From assembly GCA_039794085.1 (NCBI GenBank), contig JBDIWC010000026.1:1-56514 (forward strand): a stretch of DNA of 56,514 nucleotides. The letters are read 5' to 3'. The DNA is from Gemmatimonadales bacterium. Its GTDB lineage: Bacteria; Gemmatimonadota; Gemmatimonadetes; Gemmatimonadales; GWC2-71-9. The notes beneath the pieces were generated by a model. The model did not search any database and was not told the origin of the DNA. It saw only the letters and a list, made by a program, of their open reading frames with translations. A program made the translations under genes and the position numbers. This document shows positions 29,801 through 38,296 of the stretch, piece after piece (positions within the stretch are counted from its first letter, which is position 1; each line of letters begins with the position of its first letter).

Positions 29801-30010
29801 AGCCAGGGGACGGGCGCCGACGTCATGAAGCGGATCGCGGCGCCGATGGTCGGAGGGATGATCACGTCGACGATCCTCACGCTGGTCGTCATTCCAGCCA
29901 TTTACCTGATCTGGCGACGGTGGCAGATCGCCCGCCGCCCGGCATCGGTGGTGCGCGGAGCGCTCGGGGACCCGATGGCACTCACACCGGTAGACAGGGA
30001 GACGTCATGA
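26837..30010 (+). CDS. cusA: Heavy-metal RND efflux pump, CusA type
   Basis: LDAIPDLSDVQV, GPDATGVGW, DPAPLDM, RIDMLATG, GVAAETGVVM, RLRPKIMT. Confidence 0.97.
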   Translation: MINRVIAWSLQNRILVLLGTVGIIGAGIWAISTTPLDAIPDLSDVQVIVQTDFSEQAPQIVEDQITYPIASEMLKVPGARVVRGYSFFGLSLVYVIFEDGTDIYWARSRVLEYLNGLQRQLPTGVEPSLGPDATGVGWVFEYTLESDSLDLAQLRSLQDWNIRFQLTAVPGVSEVASLGGFVKQYQVEVDPERLRAFNIPVTRVTMAIGDHNADIGARVLEMGGREYMIRGLGYLDGVGDIENVSVGVTDNGTPIRVADVATVQVGPAPRRGAADLDGKGEVVAGIVVMRFGSDALKTIEAVKARLEEIQKTLPPGVRLRVAYDRSDLIHRAIDTLRDKLLEESLIVAAVTVLFLLHFRSALVAILLIPVGILMSFIVMRLIGVSANIMSLGGIAIAIGAMIDGAIVMVENMHKHLDRSEPGTSRWAIVLESAKQVGPPLFYSLLIITFSFLPVFSMEAQEGRLFKPLAFTKTFAMAASAFLSITLVPVLMGYFIRGRIMPEHRNPLNRLLQRAYRPVIDFTLRRPWLVIAISAVILGVTLLPWRRLGSEFMPTLHEGSVLFMPTTVPGVSIAQSIQIMRHQDSILATFPEVQRVLGKAGRAGTATDPAPLDMYETTITLRPEEEWRSGITYDGLIAEMDSAVQLPGVTNAWTMPIKGRIDMLATGIRTAVGIKIFGPDLDTLQTLGMRVEEIMQEVPGTRSAFAERGVSGYYVDLDINRAEAARYGLNVGEIHAAIMATVGGMNAATTVEGRERYTVNVRYPRELRDDVQKLREVILPTMSGAQIPLGQVATVTVLQGPMAVKTEDAFPVTTIFVDINTSDVGGYVRTAQRAVAAQLSLPPGYTLLWSGQFEAMQRVGQKLRIVVPVTLGIIFLLLYLNFRGVTESLIVMLSVPFALVGGVWYLWLAGYNTSVAVWVGFIALAGVAAETGVVMLIYLDEAFHRRGLEGQMRGPLDVAAAVREGAVDRLRPKIMTVVAITAGLAPILWSQGTGADVMKRIAAPMVGGMITSTILTLVVIPAIYLIWRRWQIARRPASVVRGALGDPMALTPVDRETS

Positions 30011-30357
30011 TCACAATGGTCGAGGTGAAGGCGGTGGTAAGGACGGAGATGCTGGATCGCGTCATCCGCATGCTCCGAGAGGCGGGCGTACCCCGGATGA
30101 CCGTGGTGCCGGTTCACGCAATCGGTCAGGGGGTGGACCCGGCGTCCGCCAGGCTCTCGGTCCGGGAAGGGACGGAGTACGCCGACAAGACGATGGTCCA
30201 GTTCGTGTGCGACGGTGAACGTGGCCAGATGTACGCCGAACTGATCCGCCGGGCGGCCGGCACGGGACGGCAAGGGGACGGCATCGTGTATGTCCAGCCG
30301 GTTCTCAGTGTCATCAAGATCCGCACCGGGGCCCAGGGACTGGACGCCCTGGGATAG
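30007..30357 (+). CDS. PII-like protein (heavy-metal-efflux-associated)
   Basis: EVKAVVR...TGRQGDGIVYV...IKIRTG; overlaps the cusA stop. Confidence 0.88.
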   Translation: MITMVEVKAVVRTEMLDRVIRMLREAGVPRMTVVPVHAIGQGVDPASARLSVREGTEYADKTMVQFVCDGERGQMYAELIRRAAGTGRQGDGIVYVQPVLSVIKIRTGAQGLDALG

Positions 30358-30417
30358 GTTGTCGCGCGTTCTGTGCGGACAACGGGAACGTCAACACCAT
30401 AGTGTCGGAGGAACAAC

Positions 30418-31437
30418 ATGCTGGATGAATCGCCGACGGGCGGCGCGTTGCGCTGGTTCCGTACCCGCTTCGCGCTCGATGCGATGGACTACCCCGTCTC
30501 CGCCCGAGCAAACCGACTGGACTTCATGATCGGAGCCCTCACGCTCGTGGCCATCGTGGTTCTGGCCGTCACCGGAATCGTCCTGACCCAGTTCTACAAC
30601 CCGAGCCCGCTGGGCGCCCACGAGTCGATTCGGTACATCATGACCACCACCCCGGGAGTGACGATCCTCCGGGACGCCCATGTGTGGAGCGCCTCCGCCG
30701 CGCTTGCTCTCGTTTTCGCTCACCTCGCGGCGGTGTTCTGGCGCCGTGGATTCCGCACCCCGCGCGAGGGCCTCTGGTGGACCGGTGTTCTCCTGCTTGC
30801 CATTCTCTTCGCCCTCGCATTCACCGGCACCGTCTTGCGCGCGGATCAGGAAGCGGTCGAGGCCCTGGCACACGCGACCGCCGGGGCGGGTTACGCCGGG
30901 CCCCTTGGCGCCATCCTCACACCGGACTTCACTCCCGCCACGCCCCTTCTGGCTCGGCTCTATGGGCTGCATGTCTCCGTGCTGCCGTTGGTACTGCTCT
31001 CCCTTGTGGCGTTGCACCTCTGGCTGATCCGTCACCTCGGGGTGAGCGCCCCCGGGCCGGCATCCGCCACGTTCCGGTCCCACCTGCGGCCCCTCGGCGG
31101 GTTCTCCCTGATCCTCGTGGGGCTTCTCGCGGCGGCCGCGCTGAGTTGGCCCGCAAACCTTCTGCCGCCCGGGGTGGCGGGAAGCGAACTCACCAAGCCG
31201 TTCTGGCCGTTTCTCTGGATCTATGCCGCGGAGAACCTCTTCGGAATGTCGGGGATGCTGGTGGCGCCAGCAGTGCTGTTCGGGTTTCTGGCTCTCGCCC
31301 CCATCACCGATCGCCAGGATGGTACATCGGCGAAGATCACCCGGGTGGCGGGGGTTGTTCTGTTTGTCCTGATGATCGCAGCGATTGTCTATGCGGCTGT
31401 GGCTCCGGGGCAATCCCACCTTGACATGGGCATGTAA
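30418..31437 (+). CDS. Cytochrome b/b6-like membrane protein (orphan)
   Basis: TGIVL..FY; heme His pairs in RDAHVW...FAH and YGLHV...LHL; PRE..WWTG; KPFWPF at the PEWY position. Confidence 0.85.
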   Translation: MLDESPTGGALRWFRTRFALDAMDYPVSARANRLDFMIGALTLVAIVVLAVTGIVLTQFYNPSPLGAHESIRYIMTTTPGVTILRDAHVWSASAALALVFAHLAAVFWRRGFRTPREGLWWTGVLLLAILFALAFTGTVLRADQEAVEALAHATAGAGYAGPLGAILTPDFTPATPLLARLYGLHVSVLPLVLLSLVALHLWLIRHLGVSAPGPASATFRSHLRPLGGFSLILVGLLAAAALSWPANLLPPGVAGSELTKPFWPFLWIYAAENLFGMSGMLVAPAVLFGFLALAPITDRQDGTSAKITRVAGVVLFVLMIAAIVYAAVAPGQSHLDMGM

Positions 31438-31451
31438 CCGGAGGTCCAGTG

Positions 31452-32009
31452 ATGCGAGCAGGAATGTCCAAAACCATGATCGTGTCCGCTCTGATGGTCG
31501 CTTCGGGTGCCGTCGCCTTCAGTGGGCCCGCGTGGGCACACGAGAAGGGGGTCCTGCAACCGGCCTCCCGGACGTTGGTCGCGGGAGGGACGGTCGAGCT
31601 CCTTGGCAAGGAGTTCGGGAAGAACGTCCAGCTCTCACTCATGCTGATCGGCACCCGGGGGCGACGCGAACTCCTGAAGGTCAGGACAGATTCCACCGGT
31701 CGGTTTACGGTCGAGTTGTCCATTCCTCCTGAGACGATCGAGGCCGAGTATCGACTGGCGGCCATGGCGGCGGATGGGGACGTCGTCGCCTCGGTGGATG
31801 TGGTGGTCGTGGCCGGCGCGCTCGTCTCTCCTTCCGGCATGGATGAACATGCCGGCCACGAGGAAGGTGGGGCACAGATGACGACCGCCGAACCTCTGGC
31901 CCTGGAGCGGGCCCGGAGCGGGATCGTGACCATCGGAGCAGTCGTCTTCGCGGTCGTCAGCATTCTCGCAGGAGGTCTCCTCTTGCGACACCGCGTGGCT
32001 GATGAGTAG
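31452..32009 (+). CDS. Exported, C-terminally membrane-anchored protein with mature N-terminal His
   Basis: Signal cleavage AWA|HEKG; beta-rich core; MDEHAGHE; C-terminal TM. Confidence 0.7.
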   Translation: MRAGMSKTMIVSALMVASGAVAFSGPAWAHEKGVLQPASRTLVAGGTVELLGKEFGKNVQLSLMLIGTRGRRELLKVRTDSTGRFTVELSIPPETIEAEYRLAAMAADGDVVASVDVVVVAGALVSPSGMDEHAGHEEGGAQMTTAEPLALERARSGIVTIGAVVFAVVSILAGGLLLRHRVADE

Positions 32010-32053
32010 CCTTTGATCGGTTCCCGTTTCCGTCTTCCCTCGCCGAGGTCGCC

Positions 32054-32521
32054 ATGTCCAGGATCCCGTCAGTCGGGTCGTTCGCGTTCCTTGTTCTTGC
32101 TTCCGCGTCACCACTGAGGGCGCAGACCGACGAGACGGCCGCCGTGCGCCGAGTGGTGGAGTCGGTCGCCATCTACACCCAGGCCAGTAATCTGACGGCG
32201 ATGGACACCTTGTTTGCGCCCGGACGCGGCGTCCACATCATCGAGGGAGTCGGAGCGAATCACGGATGGGAGGAATACCGTGACCACCATCTCGGTCCGG
32301 AGCTGGCCACCTTTCGGAACTTCTCCTACCGGTACTTCGCGATCGAGCCCCAGGTCCGGGGGGCTATCGCCTGGACCGCATTCCGCTATGAGCTTGGGGC
32401 CGATACTCCGAACGGCCGGATTGAGACCGAAGGCCGCGGTTCGGCGGTGCTGGAAAAGAGGGAGGGGCGATGGGTCATCGTCCACCTGCACACCTCCGGT
32501 CGTCGGAAAACAGCACCGTAG
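32054..32521 (+). CDS. Exported NTF2/SnoaL-like protein
   Basis: Signal peptide; IIEG..ANHG..EYRDHHLGPEL; WVIVHLHTS. Confidence 0.85.
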   Translation: MSRIPSVGSFAFLVLASASPLRAQTDETAAVRRVVESVAIYTQASNLTAMDTLFAPGRGVHIIEGVGANHGWEEYRDHHLGPELATFRNFSYRYFAIEPQVRGAIAWTAFRYELGADTPNGRIETEGRGSAVLEKREGRWVIVHLHTSGRRKTAP

Positions 32522-32559
32522 GAGGGGACTCGCTGATCCGTCGACGTCAATCCACGCCT

Positions 32560-33963
32560 CTAACCCTCATCAATGTCGGGATCGGCGATCTCATACTTCT
32601 CCAACCGGTACCGCAGCGTATCACGCGACAGACCCAGTAGCTCGGCGCCACGGGTCTTGTTTCCCCGTGCCTGCTCCATGGCCTGGCGGATCAGATCCTT
32701 CTCAAGGTCCTCAAGGTTGATCCCTCCCGCCGGGAGCCGGAATCCGGGCTGGAGGTCCAAACCTCGACTGCCCGGCTTCATCTCTTCGGGAAGGTGATCG
32801 GGGAGAATCTCCAGTCCGTCCTCCAGGATCACCGCCCGTTCAATCACGTTCTTCAGTTCACGCACATTGCCCGGCCATCCATACCGTTCCAGCATCGCCA
32901 TGGCCGAGCGAGCGATCCCGCGGACGGGGCGTCGAAGCCTGGTCGTGATCCGACTCAGGAAAAAATGCGCCAGCGGCTCGATGTCCTCGGGTCGCTCCCG
33001 CAGGGGAGGGATGGTGATGGGTACCACATTGAGCCGGAAGAACAGGTCCTGACGAAAAGCGCCCTCCCGCATCGCCTGTTCCAGATTGCGGTTGGTCGAG
33101 GCCAGAATTCGCACATCCACCGTGATGTCCCGGACGCCGCCGACCCGCTTGAACGTCCTGGTTTCCAGAAACCGGAGGAGTTTGGCCTGGGCTCCCGGAG
33201 GAAGGTCACCAATCTCGTCCAGGAGAATGGTCCCTCGGTCCGCCAGTTCCAGCAGACCCTGCTTTCGGGCCCTGGCATCGGTGAAGGCGCCCTTTTCATG
33301 GCCGAACAGCTCCGATTCAAGCAGACTCTCCGGGAGGGCCGTGCAGTTGATTTCCAGGAAGGGAAAGTCGCGGCGCGCACTGCGCGCGTGGATGGCTTGG
33401 GCTGCGACCTCCTTGCCGACCCCGCTTTCTCCACGCAGGATCACGGTGGTACCTTCGCTGGCAGCGACTCGCCCCACCAGCGCCACCACTCGCTCCATGG
33501 CCCGCGACCTCCCGATGACCTCCACCCCGGCGAATTGCCACCCGGTCTGGCGGCGAAGGCCGCTCACCATGCGGCGCAGGCTCCGGTTTTCCAGGCCTCG
33601 GGCCAGTGTCACCCGGATGTCCTCGAGCCGGGGGGGCTTTTCGAGGAAATGATGCGCGCCCAGCTTCACCGCTTCCACGGCGGTCGCGATGTCTCCATGC
33701 GCGCTGAGAATGATCACCACCAGATCGGGGTCGACCTCCAGGAACTCCCGGAGCAGATCCATCCCGTTTCCATCGGGAAGCCGGAGATCCAGCAGCGCCG
33801 CATCCGGCGGGTGGGAATGGAACCGTTCCCGGGCCCTGGCCGCGCTCTCCGCGACATCGATGAGGTACCCGGCCTCCCCGACGTGGGCTTCCAGCCAGAC
33901 CCGGATGAGGTTCTCATCGTCGATGACCAGGACGCGGGGCTTGGGAGCATCACTCACCGGCAT
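32560..33963 (-). CDS. Sigma-54-dependent response regulator (NtrC/ZraR family)
   Basis: Receiver domain (DD, DLRLPD); GESGVGKE; ESELFGHEKGAFTDA; WPGNVREL; Fis HTH. Confidence 0.97.
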   Translation of the reverse strand: MPVSDAPKPRVLVIDDENLIRVWLEAHVGEAGYLIDVAESAARARERFHSHPPDAALLDLRLPDGNGMDLLREFLEVDPDLVVIILSAHGDIATAVEAVKLGAHHFLEKPPRLEDIRVTLARGLENRSLRRMVSGLRRQTGWQFAGVEVIGRSRAMERVVALVGRVAASEGTTVILRGESGVGKEVAAQAIHARSARRDFPFLEINCTALPESLLESELFGHEKGAFTDARARKQGLLELADRGTILLDEIGDLPPGAQAKLLRFLETRTFKRVGGVRDITVDVRILASTNRNLEQAMREGAFRQDLFFRLNVVPITIPPLRERPEDIEPLAHFFLSRITTRLRRPVRGIARSAMAMLERYGWPGNVRELKNVIERAVILEDGLEILPDHLPEEMKPGSRGLDLQPGFRLPAGGINLEDLEKDLIRQAMEQARGNKTRGAELLGLSRDTLRYRLEKYEIADPDIDEG

Positions 33964-35686
33964 CTCTCCTTGCGTCGCTCAAAGGCAGGGTGACCACGAA
34001 GGTTGCCCCACCCCCGTGCTTGTCTTCCAGAGTGAGGCTACCTCCGTGGCGCGAGACGATCTCCTTCGAGATCGGGAGCCCGAGACCCGTGCCCTGGTGT
34101 TTGGTCGTAAAGAACGGCCGAAAAATGTCGGGACGGCGATCCGGGTTTACCCCCGGTCCCGCATCAGATACACCCATCCAGACCTCCGGGGCGTGACGCG
34201 CGACCCATATCGTCAGGGGTCCACCGCTAACCATGGCCTCGATTCCGTTGAGCAGGAGGTTCACCATCACCTGTACCATCAATTCCGAGTCCACCCGGAC
34301 ATTGACTGGAGTCGGGCACAGCTCCAGCGTGACCTGGACGCCGGCGGCGGCGGCGCGTGGTGCCACGATCGCCGCCGCCCGCTCGACCAGAAGATTCGCA
34401 TCAACCGTGATCTCCTTCAGGGCAGGCGGGCGGGCATACTGGAGGAGCTGGCTCGTCGTCCCGTCGATCCGGTTGAGCTGCTGCTGCGCCTCCGCCAGCA
34501 GGGAACGCGAGGGGTCCCCTTCGGGGATGGTGCGCAGCGCCAGCTCGATCGCCCCCCGAACACCCGTCAGCGGGTTTCGAATCTCGTGGGCAACCCCGCT
34601 GGCCAGCTCACCGACGGTGGCAAGCTGCTGAGCGCGCTCCATGTCCCGCGCATGCAATCGCTCCACCTCTTGCCGGGACCGATCCAGGTTGGCGGCCATC
34701 GCATTGAATGAGTCGATCAGTGTCCCCACTTCATCCGTGGAATGAACCGGGATGGGGGTGAACCGCTCCGCTCTCCCCAACCGGCTCGCGGCGTCCGCGA
34801 CCTCGCGGAGGGGGTTGGTCACGGACCGGGACGTGACGATCCCCGTCACCGCAATCACAACCACCAGCAGGATGGCACCGAGCGTTGCGGACGTCCGGAG
34901 CCGGGAAAGAGGCGCCAGTGCGAATTCAACCGGGAGTGTGGCGACGAAGGCCCAGCCGGATTCGGGTATGGGGGCGACGCTGATGAGGCTCCCCCCGGCC
35001 CCGGCCACCTGATGCGAACCGGCGGAGTCGAGGGTGATGGAGCGCGCCAACTCCGTCAGGTCGCCGGCCGCATGGTCGTGAACTCCGAAGATCGGCTGGC
35101 CATCGCGCTCAAAGACCGCCGATTCCACCCCGGCCAGCAGATGTTCCGGCACCGAGAAAATCCTCCGAAAGTCCTCTTCTCGAACGTGCCCTTCCAGCCA
35201 GGCGATCCGATCACTCGACACCGGTGCTGCGACCAGATAGGCCAGCACCCGGCCCCGGTCTCGGTGCACGATCACCGACGCGCCGTCCCAGTTGGTCGCG
35301 GGAGCCACTGATGGCCAGTGGGGCGCACTCTGCCTGAGCGCCACACTCGCGAGCACCCGTCCGTCTGGCAGGGCGAGACGCAATCCGTCGAACACCCCGT
35401 TTTCCGGCAGACTTCGGACGAGGAGATCCGACAGTTGCTGCCGCGACATGGTCTCCAGTGAACCGACTTCGGGCAATTGGCCCGCGATGGTCTGGAGCAA
35501 CAGCCGTTCCCGGCTCAATTCGGTCGTGAAGTGAATCGCCTGCGCCTCGGCGATGGACTCGAGTGCCCGACGAGCCTGGCCCAGAATGGCACCACGACTG
35601 ACCGTATACCCGACCGTAATGACGATCAGGAGCGGCGTAACCCCGAAGGCCAGGAGGAGCAGGAGGAGTTTGCTGCCAAGGCTCAC
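33950..35686 (-). CDS. Sensor histidine kinase (periplasmic Cache-like domain, HAMP, HisKA, HATPase); start inferred at GTG 35686
   Basis: Two TMs; DEVGTL..SFN.M; AHEIRNPL; NLLLNG; PFFTTK..GTGLGL. Confidence 0.93.
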   Translation of the reverse strand: MSLGSKLLLLLLAFGVTPLLIVITVGYTVSRGAILGQARRALESIAEAQAIHFTTELSRERLLLQTIAGQLPEVGSLETMSRQQLSDLLVRSLPENGVFDGLRLALPDGRVLASVALRQSAPHWPSVAPATNWDGASVIVHRDRGRVLAYLVAAPVSSDRIAWLEGHVREEDFRRIFSVPEHLLAGVESAVFERDGQPIFGVHDHAAGDLTELARSITLDSAGSHQVAGAGGSLISVAPIPESGWAFVATLPVEFALAPLSRLRTSATLGAILLVVVIAVTGIVTSRSVTNPLREVADAASRLGRAERFTPIPVHSTDEVGTLIDSFNAMAANLDRSRQEVERLHARDMERAQQLATVGELASGVAHEIRNPLTGVRGAIELALRTIPEGDPSRSLLAEAQQQLNRIDGTTSQLLQYARPPALKEITVDANLLVERAAAIVAPRAAAAGVQVTLELCPTPVNVRVDSELMVQVMVNLLLNGIEAMVSGGPLTIWVARHAPEVWMGVSDAGPGVNPDRRPDIFRPFFTTKHQGTGLGLPISKEIVSRHGGSLTLEDKHGGGATFVVTLPLSDARRDAGE

Positions 35687-35754
35687 CTGTGCGGCTCGGT
35701 CCCGCACGGGGTCCCGAACGCCTGAGCCAGCCGACGTCACCTGACCCAGCACTT

Positions 35755-35768
35755 GGGGGAAATGACCC
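35755..35768 (-). promoter_or_regulatory. Enhancer-type box GGGTCATTTCCCCC upstream of the two-component operon
   Basis: Exact reverse-complement match to the 23894 box. Confidence 0.65.
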
Positions 35769-35984
35769 AGTGAACAAGGTGCATGGAAGCGCACAACATA
35801 CCAGACAACCCCCGTGTCGCCAGTCGATTGATTCAATCACAGTGAAAGAACGAATCCTCCGCGTGGAGGACGTGCAACGATCAGACCGTGCCGGTCCCTT
35901 GCCCTGACGTTCAACTCCACGACGGCCCCCGACACTGCGCCCTACACCCCATTCCGGTTCCCGGACACCTGGGCATCGTATCAG

Positions 35985-36695
35985 TCAACGTTTGTGATGC
36001 CCGCTGCCCTCTGTCTGCCGCCACGTCCAATGTTCATAGACCCCGGCCCAATACATACCGAAAGTGAACGCGAAGGCGAGTTCCTCCAGCGGGGTGGTGT
36101 GGATGAGAATGCCGCTCAGATCGGAAAGATTCCAGACGCGCTCAACATACCCCGGCGAGAGAAGCCCAAGGCCCTCGACAAAGATCAAATAGTAACCGGT
36201 AAAGAGGAAGCCTCCGACCCAGGTTTTCCGCGTCAGATCCGGTCGGCAGAGGATCGTCGCGATCGATCCGACCACCATCGAGGCCAGCGCGGGGTATATC
36301 GGGTTCCACGGGAGGAAATAGAGGGCTGGAAACGTCAGGAACGGCGCGGCAATCGCCCACTTGTGGTGCCGGTGCCGTGGGTGGCGCCTGTATTGCTCCT
36401 CGACGGGGTTGATCTGGGAACCTGTCCACACGTTGTAAAGCACCGCTCCGACTCCTCCGATGCCGAACGAGAAGATCAGGCTTTCGATGTCGAACCCGGT
36501 CCGAAGCGCCAGATCGAACAGGCTTGGCGGCATCCAGTACTCCGGAACGAAAAGTGGCTCCGTCAAGCCGAAGGGTGCAGTAAAGACACTCGCCCACAGC
36601 ATGGCTCTCCGATGGGGCCTGAAGACGACGTACAGAACTGCCCATGGCGCGAGGAAGGCGCTGGACCATATCAGCCATACGTAGTGGTCGGGCAT
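35985..36695 (-). CDS. Lycopene-cyclase-domain membrane protein
   Basis: MPDHYVWLIWS; TEPLFVPEYW.PPSLFDLA..GFDIES; PLEELAFAF. Confidence 0.8.
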   Translation of the reverse strand: MPDHYVWLIWSSAFLAPWAVLYVVFRPHRRAMLWASVFTAPFGLTEPLFVPEYWMPPSLFDLALRTGFDIESLIFSFGIGGVGAVLYNVWTGSQINPVEEQYRRHPRHRHHKWAIAAPFLTFPALYFLPWNPIYPALASMVVGSIATILCRPDLTRKTWVGGFLFTGYYLIFVEGLGLLSPGYVERVWNLSDLSGILIHTTPLEELAFAFTFGMYWAGVYEHWTWRQTEGSGHHKR

Positions 36696-36889
36696 GGTCC
36701 CCTCCGCGATTGCGTGCGCGCGGTTGTGGCATTCGACGCGTACCCTATCAGTCGGGATGGGCGCGACATTGAGTGCTTCGCCATCCCGTGTGTCACGCTC
36801 TTCGCAAGTCCGGTGCCAGCGGAGCTGATTCCGGGCGGAATCACCCTCCTCACTCAAACGATACGATGGCCGCCGGGTCGACGCCAGCC

Positions 36890-37065
36890 TGACGATGCCG
36901 ACAAGCGTGATGATCGCCACCACGCCCATGTTGATCCAGTAAGCCGGCGCCATCATGGTATGTGAGCCGCGATCGACGCCGCCCCCGTGGCCATGACCAT
37001 GGCGAAGTAGCCGGGAAGGAGATCCCGCGACTCGGCGATGATCGTGCGGAACGCGGTGTCGGGGC
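36890..37065 (-). pseudogene. Internally deleted TDT/SLAC1 (tellurite-resistance/dicarboxylate) transporter remnant
   Basis: PGYFAMVMATGAASIAAH (TM1 motif) directly followed, in another frame, by PAYWINMGVVAIITLVG (an internal motif). Confidence 0.7.
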
Positions 37066-38283
37066 CTACCCCGTCCGCTGCGACTCCGGCGCAAACCACC
37101 GGGCGTGCCCCTGCAGCGCCAGCAGATTGACGACCAGGCACGCAAGCGCGAACTCCGACAGCAGCATGAAGGCGACCGCGTACGAACCGGTGACGTCGCG
37201 CACGACACCGAGAACCAGGGGCGGGAAGAAGCCGCCGAGACCCCCTGCGGCGCCGACCAGACCGGCGAGCGTCCCGGTCTGTCCCGGAAACCGGTCGGCC
37301 ACGAGCTTGAACACCGCGCCATTGCCGAGGCCAAGCACGGCGGCCGACCCGAGAAAGCCGACGGTCACCCCGACCATCCCCGGCTCGAATGCCAACACGA
37401 TGGCAAAGAACGCCTCCGCCACGAACACCAGGTTCAGCACGATCGCCCCACCCCAGCGGTCGGAGAGCGCGCCACCGAGCGGGCGGGCGAGGGTCGCCAT
37501 GATCACGAAACCGGCCGTGCGCGCCCCCGCGTCGGTTGGCGTGAGACCATGCGTCGCCGTCAGGAAGGATGGCAGAAAGTTGCCCATCGCCACAAACCCG
37601 CCGAAGGTCACGAAATAGAAGAGGACAAGCACCCACGCCACGGGCTGGTGGACGAGCACCCGGGCCCGCGAGGCGAGCGTCTCCGTGCGCGGTGCGAAGT
37701 GCGGACTTTCCCGTCCCATGACCCAGAAGATCACCGCGAAGGCCGCGACGAGCGGAACGAAGATCCAGAACGCGGAGGGCCAACCCGGACCGGCGGCCAC
37801 GCGCGGCGCGGCCAGCGCCGCGACCGCCGTCCCGATGTTGCCCATGCCGTAGATGCCCAGCGCAAAACCCTGCCTGTGGGCCGGAAACCAGGAGGCCACA
37901 AACGGAATCCCGACGGCAAACGACGCACCGGACACGCCGAGCAGGAACCCCGCGCCGAGGAGTGCGCCATAGGAGCGCGACAGCGCCGCCAGGGCGAGCG
38001 GGACCACGAGCAGCGCCATCAGGACGGGGAAGACCCGTCGGGCACCCCAGCGATCGGTCAGGATGCCCGCCGGAACACGCAGCAGCGATCCGAGGATCAC
38101 CGGTATCGACACCAGGAATCCCACCTGAGTATTGGAGAGTCCATACATGTCGCGGAACTGTGACGCGAGAGGGGCGATCAGACCCCACACCGAGAAGCTG
38201 AGTGTGAAGGCGATCGTCGCCAGCACCAGCGCACGCATCCCTCCGCGGGTCTCCCCGGCACGGGCGATGTTCGTTCCCGACAT
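37066..38283 (-). CDS. narK: NarK family nitrate/nitrite MFS transporter
   Basis: PVILGSLLRVPAG.LTDRWG; GASFAVG; QGFALGIYGMGNIG; RPLGG.LSDR; GNGAVFK; GGLGGFFPP. Confidence 0.95.
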   Translation of the reverse strand: MSGTNIARAGETRGGMRALVLATIAFTLSFSVWGLIAPLASQFRDMYGLSNTQVGFLVSIPVILGSLLRVPAGILTDRWGARRVFPVLMALLVVPLALAALSRSYGALLGAGFLLGVSGASFAVGIPFVASWFPAHRQGFALGIYGMGNIGTAVAALAAPRVAAGPGWPSAFWIFVPLVAAFAVIFWVMGRESPHFAPRTETLASRARVLVHQPVAWVLVLFYFVTFGGFVAMGNFLPSFLTATHGLTPTDAGARTAGFVIMATLARPLGGALSDRWGGAIVLNLVFVAEAFFAIVLAFEPGMVGVTVGFLGSAAVLGLGNGAVFKLVADRFPGQTGTLAGLVGAAGGLGGFFPPLVLGVVRDVTGSYAVAFMLLSEFALACLVVNLLALQGHARWFAPESQRTG

Positions 38284-38296
38284 TCGACGGAAGCCC

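Noticed and set aside
35826..35840. FNR-like box TTGATTCAATCAC
   Set aside because: The spacer is 3 nt rather than 4, and it is not upstream of the nar operon
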